From Pseudomonas phage BL8, in the sequence record PQ474299.1: a DNA stretch of 32,000 nt; one strand, given 5' to 3'. How positions within the stretch are numbered: the stretch's first letter is position 1; every line of letters starts with the position of its first letter. The notes under the pieces were generated by a model, which was not told the origin of the DNA, ran no database searches, and was given only the letters and a program-made list of their open reading frames with translations. The position numbers and the translations under genes are program-made. This document shows, in pieces, positions 24,798 through 32,000 of this stretch.

Positions 24798-25976
24798 GTG
24801 ATCATCTTCCGCAACAAGGGCGTCATTGACCCCAAGTCCATCACCACCTTCGGGGTCAGCTCGAAGGAGAACCCCGGGGCCATCGGCTTCTTCGGGACCG
24901 GCCTCAAGTACGCCATCGCCATCCTCCTCCGCGAGGGCTGCGACATCACCATTCACGCCGGGAAGCGCAAGCTGGAGTTCGGCATCAAGCGGGATCGCGT
25001 CCGGGTCGATGACTTCAACGTGGTCACGATGAACAACCGCCGTCTGGGCTTCACCACGGAGGTCGGCAAGACCTGGGAAGTGTGGCAAGCCTTCCGCGAG
25101 CTGTACTGCAACACGATGGACGAACGGGGCGAAGTGTTCGAGGCCAGCGAGGTCCCGGAAGTCGCCGCGGACGAAACCGTGATTGTGGTCCGGGGCGAGA
25201 AGTTCCTGGATGTCTGGGCCTCCCGCTCCGACATCATCCTGTCCAGCGAGCCTCTGGAGCGCCACGAGGCCGTCCACATCCATCCCGGCCCGTCCCACTT
25301 CGTGTACTACCGGGGCGTGCGAGCCTACCGGCTGGACAACCCCTCGCAGTTCACCTACAACATCCAGAAGAAGGTGGACCTGACGGAGGATCGGACCATC
25401 AAGTGGTCCTGGGACATCAGCGCCGCCGTCCGCCGCGGGCTCTGCGAGTCGCAACAGGCTCCCCTGATCAAGAAGGCCGTCACCGCGCCCAAGGCGACCT
25501 TCGAGCATGCGCTGGAGTTCGAGGGCGTGGAGCCGTCCAAGCCCTTCCTGGCGACCGTCTCCGAACTCGCCCGCAGCTTCGACTCCTCGCTGTCCCGCTC
25601 CGCGCTGAAGGCTTCGCAGGTCTGGATCATGGACCAGCTCCACGAGGAGGCGACCCCGATGCGCCTGAGCGAGCTGGAACGGACCCGGCTGGAGAAGGCC
25701 GCGGGCTTCTGCGAGCGGCTGGGCTTCGCCGTCCAGGACTACCCGATCATTGTCAGCGAGTTCCTGGGCGAGGAAGTCCTGGGCCGGGCGCATGAGGGCA
25801 AAATCTACATCAGCAAGCGCACCTTGATGATGGGGACCAAGATGCTGGCCGGGACGCTGATTGAGGAGTTCATCCACCTCCGCCACCAGCTGTACGATGA
25901 AACCCGCACCATGCAGAACTTCCTGATGGACACCATCGTGTCCTTGGGCGAACAGATCACCGGAGAACCGCTATGA
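24798..25976 (+). CDS. GHKL (Hsp90-like) ATPase-type protein with a C-terminal zincin-like helix
   Basis: GTG start with AAAAGGAG SD. 'ITTFGVSSKENPGAIGFFGTGLKYAIAILLREG' resembles the Hsp90-type IGxFGxGxxSA box. C-terminal 'TLIEEFIHLRHQLYDETRTMQNFL'. Confidence 0.65.
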   Translation: MIIFRNKGVIDPKSITTFGVSSKENPGAIGFFGTGLKYAIAILLREGCDITIHAGKRKLEFGIKRDRVRVDDFNVVTMNNRRLGFTTEVGKTWEVWQAFRELYCNTMDERGEVFEASEVPEVAADETVIVVRGEKFLDVWASRSDIILSSEPLERHEAVHIHPGPSHFVYYRGVRAYRLDNPSQFTYNIQKKVDLTEDRTIKWSWDISAAVRRGLCESQQAPLIKKAVTAPKATFEHALEFEGVEPSKPFLATVSELARSFDSSLSRSALKASQVWIMDQLHEEATPMRLSELERTRLEKAAGFCERLGFAVQDYPIIVSEFLGEEVLGRAHEGKIYISKRTLMMGTKMLAGTLIEEFIHLRHQLYDETRTMQNFLMDTIVSLGEQITGEPL

Positions 25977-26314
25977 GCCGCAAGACCACCATCCGTCTCA
26001 CCGGAGACGCCCTGACCGCCGCCCGGGCCGTCCACGGCATCCACCAACAAGCCCACGCCCAGAAGGCGGAGCTGGAACGCGAGTTTCAGGAGCGGCTGAA
26101 CGAACTCGGGCGGGACGCCCAGGAGCAGATGAGCCGGGCCTGGCCGGTGCTCATGAACGCCGCGGACCTCCCGATGGAGGAGCTGGGGGAGTGGGAGCTG
26201 GACGCGAGCTATCTGGACGACCACGGCTGCGCCTTCCTGAGCAAGCGCGAGGCGGAGGACGCCCGCCCCTCCTTGGGCGACCTCCTCCAGTCCATGACGG
26301 CCTCGAAGCACTGA
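25973..26314 (+). CDS. Hypothetical protein
   Basis: ATGA overlap. MSRKTTIRLTGDALTAARAVHGIHQQAHAQKAELEREFQERLNELG... Confidence 0.65.
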   Translation: MSRKTTIRLTGDALTAARAVHGIHQQAHAQKAELEREFQERLNELGRDAQEQMSRAWPVLMNAADLPMEELGEWELDASYLDDHGCAFLSKREAEDARPSLGDLLQSMTASKH

Positions 26315-26317
26315 CCA

Positions 26318-26356
26318 CTTTACTTCTTCGGGGTCCGTGACTATACTTTCTTCACT
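26318..26356 (+). promoter_or_regulatory. Phage promoter of the recurrent 23-bp double-box class
   Basis: TTTACTTCTTCGG at 26319 and TATACTTTCTTCAC at 26342, upstream of the CDS at 26382. Confidence 0.85.
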
Positions 26357-26381
26357 GACCCCGAACCGAAGGAGCCCGATC

Positions 26382-26651
26382 ATGAGACTGATGACCCTCG
26401 CCCTGGCCGTCCTTCTGCCGCTCGCCACGCAGGCGCAAGCGGAGGATCGCCCCCTGTATTCTGCCCAGGAGACGGTCCGCCGGGCGCAGGTCGGCAGCTT
26501 CTCGCCCCGTCTCGCCCCGCCGGTCCGCGTCACCGTACCGGCGGAGGCAGGAAAGCCGGACCCGTCCCGGTTTGAGCGCCTGGAGTGCCGCCAAGACCCG
26601 TCGCGGCCCCTGGGCAAGACTATTGTTTGCGAACCTCGGAGAACCAACTGA
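26382..26651 (+). CDS. Secreted/periplasmic small protein
   Basis: Signal peptide-like MRLMTLALAVLLPLATQAQAEDR. GAACCGAAGGAGCC leader. Confidence 0.7.
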   Translation: MRLMTLALAVLLPLATQAQAEDRPLYSAQETVRRAQVGSFSPRLAPPVRVTVPAEAGKPDPSRFERLECRQDPSRPLGKTIVCEPRRTN

Positions 26652-26653
26652 AT

Positions 26654-27259
26654 ATGGAAACCCAAGAATCAATTACCCGCTGGGCTGACGACACCTTCGG
26701 CCCGAAGCACCCCGCGGAAGTCGCCGCGCGGATGAACGTGGAGGTGGCGGAGCTGGTCGCGGGCCTCGCTACCGTCGCCGCCGTCCCGGTCGCGGACATG
26801 GACCAGGAGTTGGTCCAGGAACTGCAGAAGGAGTGCGCGGACGTGTTCATCATGCTCGCCCAGGTCGCGGAGAAGCTGAACGTGGACCTCCAGACCGTGG
26901 TGGACTACAAGATGAGCGTGAACCGCAACCGCGCCTGGGGACGGAGCCCGACCGGGAAGATGCAGCACGTGGAAACCTTCCTGGACCACGGAAGCGGTCT
27001 GGAAATGGAGTTGGACAAGTTCTACATCATCAGCGACTCCGGCAGCTTCTTCACGGCGCAGGGTTTCGACTCCGCCGATCAAGCCCTGAACTGGGCTCAA
27101 TCCGCGGACGGGATCGCCGCCGGGGCGCAGGACGCCGTGGTGCCGACCTTCCGGGCCGGGGGCTTCTTCGAGGGCCAGGACGGCGTGAACATCTACCTGG
27201 GCCGCGAGCTGCGTGCCTTCTGGAAAGCCAACCCCCTGTGCGAAGGAGAACCGGCATGA
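26654..27259 (+). CDS. MazG/DUF550-like nucleotide pyrophosphohydrolase
   Basis: 'ITRWADDTFGPKHPAEVAARMNVEVAELVAG...ELQKECADVFIMLAQVAEKLNVDLQTVVDYKMSVNRNRAWGRSPTGKMQHV'. Confidence 0.8.
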   Translation: METQESITRWADDTFGPKHPAEVAARMNVEVAELVAGLATVAAVPVADMDQELVQELQKECADVFIMLAQVAEKLNVDLQTVVDYKMSVNRNRAWGRSPTGKMQHVETFLDHGSGLEMELDKFYIISDSGSFFTAQGFDSADQALNWAQSADGIAAGAQDAVVPTFRAGGFFEGQDGVNIYLGRELRAFWKANPLCEGEPA

Positions 27260-27732
27260 CCACTACCATCCAGGGCGTCCAGGCCCGCCTCGGGCGCAAC
27301 CCGGAGGACCCCCGCAAGTACCAAGTGACGGTCCTCGTGTACAGCCAGAAGCGCCCCGGCTTGAAGTCCTCCACGGACATCGACCCGGGCCAGTGCGCGA
27401 GCCAGCAGCACCTCCTCCAGCTGATCGGGACGGCGGGAGCCGCTTGCGCGGAGTACCTGGGCAACAACTACGGGGACAACATCGACCCCGTGGCCGCGTC
27501 CCGGGACGCCATCCGCGCCTTCGGGGAGGAGTGCCGGCTGATGGCGGAACTCGCCAAGGACGTACCCGCGAAGCTGAAGCGCCTCGAAAGCAACGTGGCG
27601 AAGCTGTCCAACGAGAACCAGGAACAGTTGCGCCGCCTGCGCTACCTCGTGGACCACCAGGAACAGCTCCTGCCCAAGGAGGTCGCGTGGCTGAATCAGC
27701 GCCTCGGGGAACTCCACGGAGGTCAGCTGTGA
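27256..27732 (+). CDS. Hypothetical protein
   Basis: ATGA overlap. MTTTIQGVQARLGRNPEDPRKYQVTVLVYSQKRPGLKSS... Confidence 0.65.
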   Translation: MTTTIQGVQARLGRNPEDPRKYQVTVLVYSQKRPGLKSSTDIDPGQCASQQHLLQLIGTAGAACAEYLGNNYGDNIDPVAASRDAIRAFGEECRLMAELAKDVPAKLKRLESNVAKLSNENQEQLRRLRYLVDHQEQLLPKEVAWLNQRLGELHGGQL

Positions 27733-28058
27733 AAGACCTGGACGAAGCGGCCCTGGCCGTTCTGTTCGAGGAGTACCGGCAACGCCTTCCGGTCGCGGAC
27801 TGGGAGGAGTTCCTGGTCATCGCCCGGGGCGTCCTTGCCTCGGAGCGGGTCCGGTGCCGAGTCCAGCGCCGGGAGTATTTTGTGGAGGACTACCTGGAAG
27901 CCGATCTGCGCCGCCATTTTGACACGCTGGCGCATCGTTTCGGATCGCCCGCCCTGGCGATTCCCGGACCGCGACCGCTCCAGCTGAAGGAACTCCCGTG
28001 GTGGAGACGCCGGGCGCTGCTCGCCCTCCTCCCGAAGCCGGATGACGACAAACCCTGA
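27729..28058 (+). CDS. Hypothetical protein (GTG start)
   Basis: GTGA overlap with the upstream stop. VKDLDEAALAVLFEEYRQRLPVADWEEFLVIARG... Confidence 0.55.
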   Translation: MKDLDEAALAVLFEEYRQRLPVADWEEFLVIARGVLASERVRCRVQRREYFVEDYLEADLRRHFDTLAHRFGSPALAIPGPRPLQLKELPWWRRRALLALLPKPDDDKP

Positions 28059-28073
28059 TCAACACGGAGACAA

Positions 28074-28373
28074 TTGATGATCGAGACGAACAACCCGGGC
28101 CATGGCTTCTTCGGAACCTACGCCCTGAAGAAGGGCGAGGAGGCAGCGCGCAAGGCTTGGGCCGTGGCCTTCGAGGCGATTGCCGCCGCCGTACCCTCCG
28201 CGAAGCCGGAGGAGGTCCGCAACTACCTGGACAGCGTGTATGGGCGTCACACCGCGGATGAGGTCCTCAGCGGCCCGTCCGTCGCCCACCAACTCCAGTT
28301 CCGCGCGGCCCGCTTCCGTCGCCACTTCGCGGAGATTCAACGCCAAACCGCCCGCGGGGCCTTCGAGGACTGA
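28074..28373 (+). CDS. Hypothetical protein
   Basis: MMIETNNPGHGFFGTYALKKGEEAARKAWAVAFEAIAAAVPSAKPEEVRNYLDSVYGRHTADEV... Confidence 0.65.
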   Translation: MMIETNNPGHGFFGTYALKKGEEAARKAWAVAFEAIAAAVPSAKPEEVRNYLDSVYGRHTADEVLSGPSVAHQLQFRAARFRRHFAEIQRQTARGAFED

Positions 28374-28375
28374 CC

Positions 28376-28663
28376 ATGATACCATTTGACCAAGTCGAAG
28401 CCTACGTGGGCGACTTCCTGAGCGAACTCCACGGACGGGGCCTGGGCGGGAACATCGTGAAGGACTCCCCCGCCCAGCTCATCTACCCGGAGCGGGCGCT
28501 GTGGACCGGGGAACAGCACCAGCTCGCCTTCCTGGGCGAGCCTGGGGACTACCGCCTGGAGCTGCGCCGGATCGAAGGCGGGCACTGGGAGGCGATCCGC
28601 GAGGAGCGCGACCCGGACCGCTTCAACCTGCTGATCATCGACCTCTGCGTGAAGGAGGGCTGA
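28376..28663 (+). CDS. Hypothetical protein
   Basis: MIPFDQVEAYVGDFLSELHGRGLGGNIVKDSPAQLIYPERALWTG... Confidence 0.65.
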   Translation: MIPFDQVEAYVGDFLSELHGRGLGGNIVKDSPAQLIYPERALWTGEQHQLAFLGEPGDYRLELRRIEGGHWEAIREERDPDRFNLLIIDLCVKEG

Positions 28664-28667
28664 CGCC

Positions 28668-28937
28668 ATGAACCAAGACCCGAACAAGCGCCCCAACGGG
28701 ACGTACAAGCCCAAGGCGGAGCGGTTGCCGCCGGTGAACCTTGACGCGGCGATCCACGGGGGCCTCCGCCTTCTCGCCTTCGCCCTGTTCCGCCAGGCTA
28801 TCGTGGAGGCTATCGTGGACCAGCGCGAGACGGCCCAAGGCATCCCGACCGGCGACGGCTCGCGGGCGACCTCCTGGGAGGAGCTGGAGCGGGTCCTGGG
28901 CAAGGAGACGGTGGACAGGATGAGGGCCGGAACTTGA
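28668..28937 (+). CDS. Hypothetical protein
   Basis: MNQDPNKRPNGTYKPKAERLPPVNLDAAIHGGLRLLAFALFRQAIVEAIV... Confidence 0.6.
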   Translation: MNQDPNKRPNGTYKPKAERLPPVNLDAAIHGGLRLLAFALFRQAIVEAIVDQRETAQGIPTGDGSRATSWEELERVLGKETVDRMRAGT

Positions 28938-29098
28938 AGGAGGACCGGAGCTGGGAGCTGTGCTGGATCGTCCCGGGAGGTTCCCTTCAAACCAAGAAGG
29001 TGACGGGCTACGCCCGCGCCTGTCAGGAGGCCAAGAACCTCCGATTCAAGATGAGCAGGACCGAAGGAGTGAGAATATGGATCATGAGCGAGTTCTGA
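28934..29098 (+). CDS. Small ORF (54 aa) with TTGA-coupled TTG start
   Basis: Read manually: LKEDRSWELCWIVPGGSLQTKKVTGYARACQEAKNLRFKMSRTEGVRIWIMSEF. Bridges an otherwise empty gap. Absent from the ORF track. Confidence 0.4.
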   Translation: MKEDRSWELCWIVPGGSLQTKKVTGYARACQEAKNLRFKMSRTEGVRIWIMSEF

Positions 29099-29694
29099 GC
29101 TGGCTGCGGAGCCTGTTCAGGCGGACGCCCGCCGCCCCGCCGCCGGAGTCGGGACCGATCACCTGGCCCGGGATGATGGCCCCGGGCTTCGACCAACAAC
29201 CCCTACCGGAGAAACACCCCTTGGAACTTGATCATGAACAGTGGGGCAGCGTGGTGAAAAACGACTTCATCAGGACCTTCTTGGGCGACCGCCTGGGGTT
29301 CGGAGTCGCCCGCCAGGTGTATGCCCTCCAAGGACAAACCGCCCTTGTGGCTAAGGTCGAAACCACCGCGCAGTCCTTCCAGAATGTCGCGGAATGGCAG
29401 ATGTGGCACGAGGTCCAATTCACCCCCTGGGCGCGCTGGTTCGCCCCGTGTCGCCGCATCAGCCCCTGTGGTATCGTCCTGATCCAGGAGCGGACGCGAC
29501 CCCTGCCCCACGGCGAACTGCCGAAGGAGCTGCCCGACTTCTTCACCGACCTGAAGCCGGAGAACTTCGGCCTGATCGACGGGCAGGTGGTGTGTCATGA
29601 CTACGCCCTCCACCTCGCCTCCTCGAACTGGTTGGGCAAGGCGAAGATGAAGAAGGTGAAGAAGGACGAATGGCGACTGCCTGACGAAGATTGA
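29077..29694 (+). CDS. Protein kinase-like fold protein
   Basis: 'LGDRLGFGVARQVYALQGQTALVAKVE...FQNVAEWQMW', 'IVLIQERTRPLP', 'FFTDLKPENFGLIDGQVVCHDYALH' match the Gly-rich loop, VAIK-Lys, HRDLKxxN-like and DFG-like order. Confidence 0.75.
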   Translation: MDHERVLSWLRSLFRRTPAAPPPESGPITWPGMMAPGFDQQPLPEKHPLELDHEQWGSVVKNDFIRTFLGDRLGFGVARQVYALQGQTALVAKVETTAQSFQNVAEWQMWHEVQFTPWARWFAPCRRISPCGIVLIQERTRPLPHGELPKELPDFFTDLKPENFGLIDGQVVCHDYALHLASSNWLGKAKMKKVKKDEWRLPDED

Positions 29695-29720
29695 CAACCC
29701 GACAGAAACGGAGAACAAAC

Positions 29721-30404
29721 ATGGAACATATCGACATGACGGACGCCACTGCTGAGTTCATCGACAACCAAGGCGTGGCTGACTTCGCGGACGCGATGCG
29801 CCGCAAGCTGGAGAAAAAGCGGGCGGAGGGCCGGGGCGGTTGGCACGACCCCGACCAGTGTCAACTGGACACCCTCGCGGTGATGCTGCTGGATCACCTG
29901 GAGAAGGGCGACCCCGTGGACATCGGCAACTTCGCCATGATGCTGTACAACCGCGGCGACGGAACGGACGGTCAGCCCTCCGTCCTCGGGGCAACCTTCC
30001 GCGAATGGCTGGATCACCAGCTCAAGGCCCGGGACATCGTCGCCTCGAACCTCCAAGCCGCTCTGGACAAGGCCGCGGCCCGGATCGCGGAGCTGGAGGG
30101 GATCGCCGGACGCCTCGAAGGCGAGCGCAACGAGGCCCGCCGGTCGCTGGACAAGGAGCGGGAGGTGTTCCGCAAGGAGCTGGAGGCGGAGCGGGACGCC
30201 CGCCGCCGGTCGGAGCTGAACCTGGCCCGTGCCCAAGGGTACATCGACCGCGTGACGGAAGGCGAACCGCCGCTGCCGGGAGTGCGCAACGAGGTCCATG
30301 AGCGGGTCGGACAGGTCGGGGTCAGCTACATCAGCGGACCGGATCGCCGCGGACCGCGCCTTGACCTGGGCGAACCCCACCGCGACCCCTATCAATTCCG
30401 CTGA
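29721..30404 (+). CDS. Coiled-coil phage protein of unknown function
   Basis: GAAACGGAGAAC leader. 'FADAMRRKLEKKRAEGRGGWHDPDQCQLDTLAVMLLDHLEKGDPVDIGNFAMMLYNRG' is a recognisable phage domain, followed by a long coiled coil. Confidence 0.75.
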   Translation: MEHIDMTDATAEFIDNQGVADFADAMRRKLEKKRAEGRGGWHDPDQCQLDTLAVMLLDHLEKGDPVDIGNFAMMLYNRGDGTDGQPSVLGATFREWLDHQLKARDIVASNLQAALDKAAARIAELEGIAGRLEGERNEARRSLDKEREVFRKELEAERDARRRSELNLARAQGYIDRVTEGEPPLPGVRNEVHERVGQVGVSYISGPDRRGPRLDLGEPHRDPYQFR

Positions 30405-30685
30405 TGGCCCGCCGGAAACCCCGCCGCGGGGAGTACGTCTGCACCTGCGGGGCCTATCGGTTCCCGCACCGCTTCGGAGGCGGTCGCTGCTCGGGCTACT
30501 TCATCGCCGTGGAGCAGTGGGAGTCGCACTATGGGACCGGCGACTGCCGCCACTGTAACTGCCTCAACCGGACGGAGGCCGTGCCCTACTGCGAAGTGGT
30601 GGAGGGCGGCGAGTCGGTCCAGGAATGCCCCGTGTGGCAAGAGTTTGTACGATTCAATGAGATCAAACTGAAGAAGGAGAAGTGA
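30404..30685 (+). CDS. Cys/His-rich putative zinc-binding protein
   Basis: MARRKPRRGEYVCTCGAYRFPHRFGGGRCSGYFIAVEQWESHYGTGDCRHCNCLN... ATG overlaps the upstream TGA. Confidence 0.7.
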   Translation: MARRKPRRGEYVCTCGAYRFPHRFGGGRCSGYFIAVEQWESHYGTGDCRHCNCLNRTEAVPYCEVVEGGESVQECPVWQEFVRFNEIKLKKEK

Positions 30686-30686
30686 C

Positions 30687-31259
30687 ATGAGTGACGACAA
30701 CACGATGGACAGCGTGATGATTGACCTGGAGACGATGGCGACCGGCCCCAACGCCGGGGTCATTCAGGTCGGGGCGATCCCGTTCAACAGCCGAACCGGA
30801 TTGGTGAAGCCGGACCTGTTCGAGGTGGACGTGGACCTCCACAGCGCCCTGATGCTGGGCGGCGAGGTCGATGCCTCCACGGTCCAGTTCTGGCGGGACC
30901 AGGGCGGACTCCAGCCCAAGCGCCCGCCGAAGGCGATGCGCTCCGCGCTGACCGACCTCGCCCGCTGGTTGGGCAAGTACCAGGACCTGAAGCGGGTCTG
31001 GGCCCAGGGGCCGTCCTTTGACGTCGCCCTTCTTGAGGGTTACTATCGCCGGGCGGGCGTCCCGATCCCGTGGGGATACTCCATGGCCCGGGACACTCGC
31101 ACCGTGTATGACCTGGCGAAGGAGCGGGGCTGGTCGAAGCCGGAGGGGACGCAAGCCGTTCACACCAGCCTGGAGGACTGCCGCCGCCAGATCATCTGCC
31201 TCATGAGCGCCCTGAACGTCCTCCGGGGCAACCCTGAAGGAGAACCCAAGGTTGGCTGA
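30687..31259 (+). CDS. DnaQ-like 3'-5' exonuclease
   Basis: 'SVMIDLETMATGPNAGVIQVGAIPFNSRTG', 'ALTDLARWLGKYQDLKRVWAQGPSFDVALLEGYYRRAGVPIPW', 'HTSLEDCRRQ'. Confidence 0.87.
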   Translation: MSDDNTMDSVMIDLETMATGPNAGVIQVGAIPFNSRTGLVKPDLFEVDVDLHSALMLGGEVDASTVQFWRDQGGLQPKRPPKAMRSALTDLARWLGKYQDLKRVWAQGPSFDVALLEGYYRRAGVPIPWGYSMARDTRTVYDLAKERGWSKPEGTQAVHTSLEDCRRQIICLMSALNVLRGNPEGEPKVG

Positions 31260-31443
31260 CGAAATCGACTTGAGCAATGACCGCATCCTCCACGACACGG
31301 ACCGCGAAGTGGCCCGGATCGCGGAGGCCGCGGCGAAGATACCGCCCGGGGAGCCGGGCGACTGTGACCTGTGTGGCGAATGGAGCGGGAGGCTGGTGGG
31401 AGGAGTCTGTGCGCCCTGTCGGGACCGCCACAAGTTGCCGTGA
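31252..31443 (+). CDS. TraR/DksA-like zinc finger protein (TTG start)
   Basis: 'ARIAEAAAKIPPGEPGDCDLCGEWSGRLVGGVCAPCRDRHKLP' fits the TraR/DksA CxxC...CxxC pattern. 8-nt overlap with the upstream gene. Confidence 0.65.
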   Translation: MADEIDLSNDRILHDTDREVARIAEAAAKIPPGEPGDCDLCGEWSGRLVGGVCAPCRDRHKLP

Positions 31444-31467
31444 ATCGAAGAAAGTTGTATGAGGGGG

Positions 31468-31506
31468 CTTTACTTCTTCGGGAGCCCCCACTATACTTTC
31501 TTCACG
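31468..31506 (+). promoter_or_regulatory. Phage promoter of the recurrent 23-bp double-box class
   Basis: TTTACTTCTTCGG at 31469 and TATACTTTCTTCACG at 31492, upstream of the CDS at 31544. Confidence 0.85.
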
Positions 31507-31543
31507 TTCAACAAGAACGGCAACCACAGAAATGGAGAACATC

Positions 31544-32000
31544 ATGACCCGCACCGCTTCCTTCTACATCGACCGCGCCACCGCCCGCTTCGAGGCTGGT
31601 TTCACCTCCAAGGCCGCTCAACAAGAAGCCCTCCGCGACCTCAACAGCGCCTTCGAGCTGCTGAAGCGCGACATCACCGGCCTGGTCCTGGACATCGAGC
31701 GCGACGCCCGCACCGCGGATCATGATGACGTGTACTGGAACCTGGCCGACTACCCCCACAACTGGAAGGCCAAGCACTCCGCCCTCGCCCTCCGCGTGTT
31801 CCCGGAAGTCGCCCCGACCGTCGCCCAGATCGAAGCCCTGGTGACCTTCCGCGCCGCCGTGAAGGCCGCCCCGGTGGTGAAGGTCGAACGCACCAGCGAC
31901 ACCGCCAAGATCGAAGCCGTGACCAAGTCCATCCGCGACCTGATGGAGCTGCGCCAGGAGCAGTACAACAACGCCCTCCGCCTCCACGACATCTTCGGCG
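31544..32000 (+). CDS. Hypothetical helical protein, runs off the window
   Basis: GAAATGGAGAAC leader then MTRTASFYIDRATARFEAGFTSKAAQQEALRDLNSAFELLKRDITG..., open to the window edge. Confidence 0.7.
   Translation, partial: MTRTASFYIDRATARFEAGFTSKAAQQEALRDLNSAFELLKRDITGLVLDIERDARTADHDDVYWNLADYPHNWKAKHSALALRVFPEVAPTVAQIEALVTFRAAVKAAPVVKVERTSDTAKIEAVTKSIRDLMELRQEQYNNALRLHDIFG

Overview
This 32 kb window is a GC-rich, densely packed segment of a tailed dsDNA phage genome, or of a closely related prophage. Every supportable gene is on the + strand, and many are joined by ATGA/GTGA/TTGA stop-start overlaps. The left ~1.2 kb is the end of a tail/structural module. It is followed by an unusual non-coding region (~1182-1608) rich in inverted and direct repeats, then replication, nucleotide-metabolism and accessory genes: SNF2-like helicase, RecD/Dda-like helicase, class II (B12-dependent) ribonucleotide reductase, UDG-like protein, family A DNA polymerase, dCMP deaminase, VRR-NUC-like nuclease, primase/SF3 helicase, MazG/DUF550-like pyrophosphohydrolase and DnaQ-like exonuclease. 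The standout is a thymidine-hypermodification cassette at ~10148-17419: a DNA-glycosylase-fold (AADT/aGPT-Pplase-like) protein, a fold-type II PLP enzyme, a radical SAM enzyme, a P-loop kinase resembling 5-hmdU DNA kinase, a second helical DNA-modification protein, an Nmad5-like protein, a thymidylate synthase/dUMP hydroxymethylase homolog and an HD phosphohydrolase. A previously unlisted Trp-rich 37-aa ORF overlaps the hydroxymethylase start. Six intergenic promoters share one architecture: a T(T/A)TACTTCTTC-like box repeated at exactly 23 bp between starts (17-bp spacer), which uses near-identical sequence for the -35 and -10 regions. All assignments come from reading the sequence and recalling family motifs; no database search was run.
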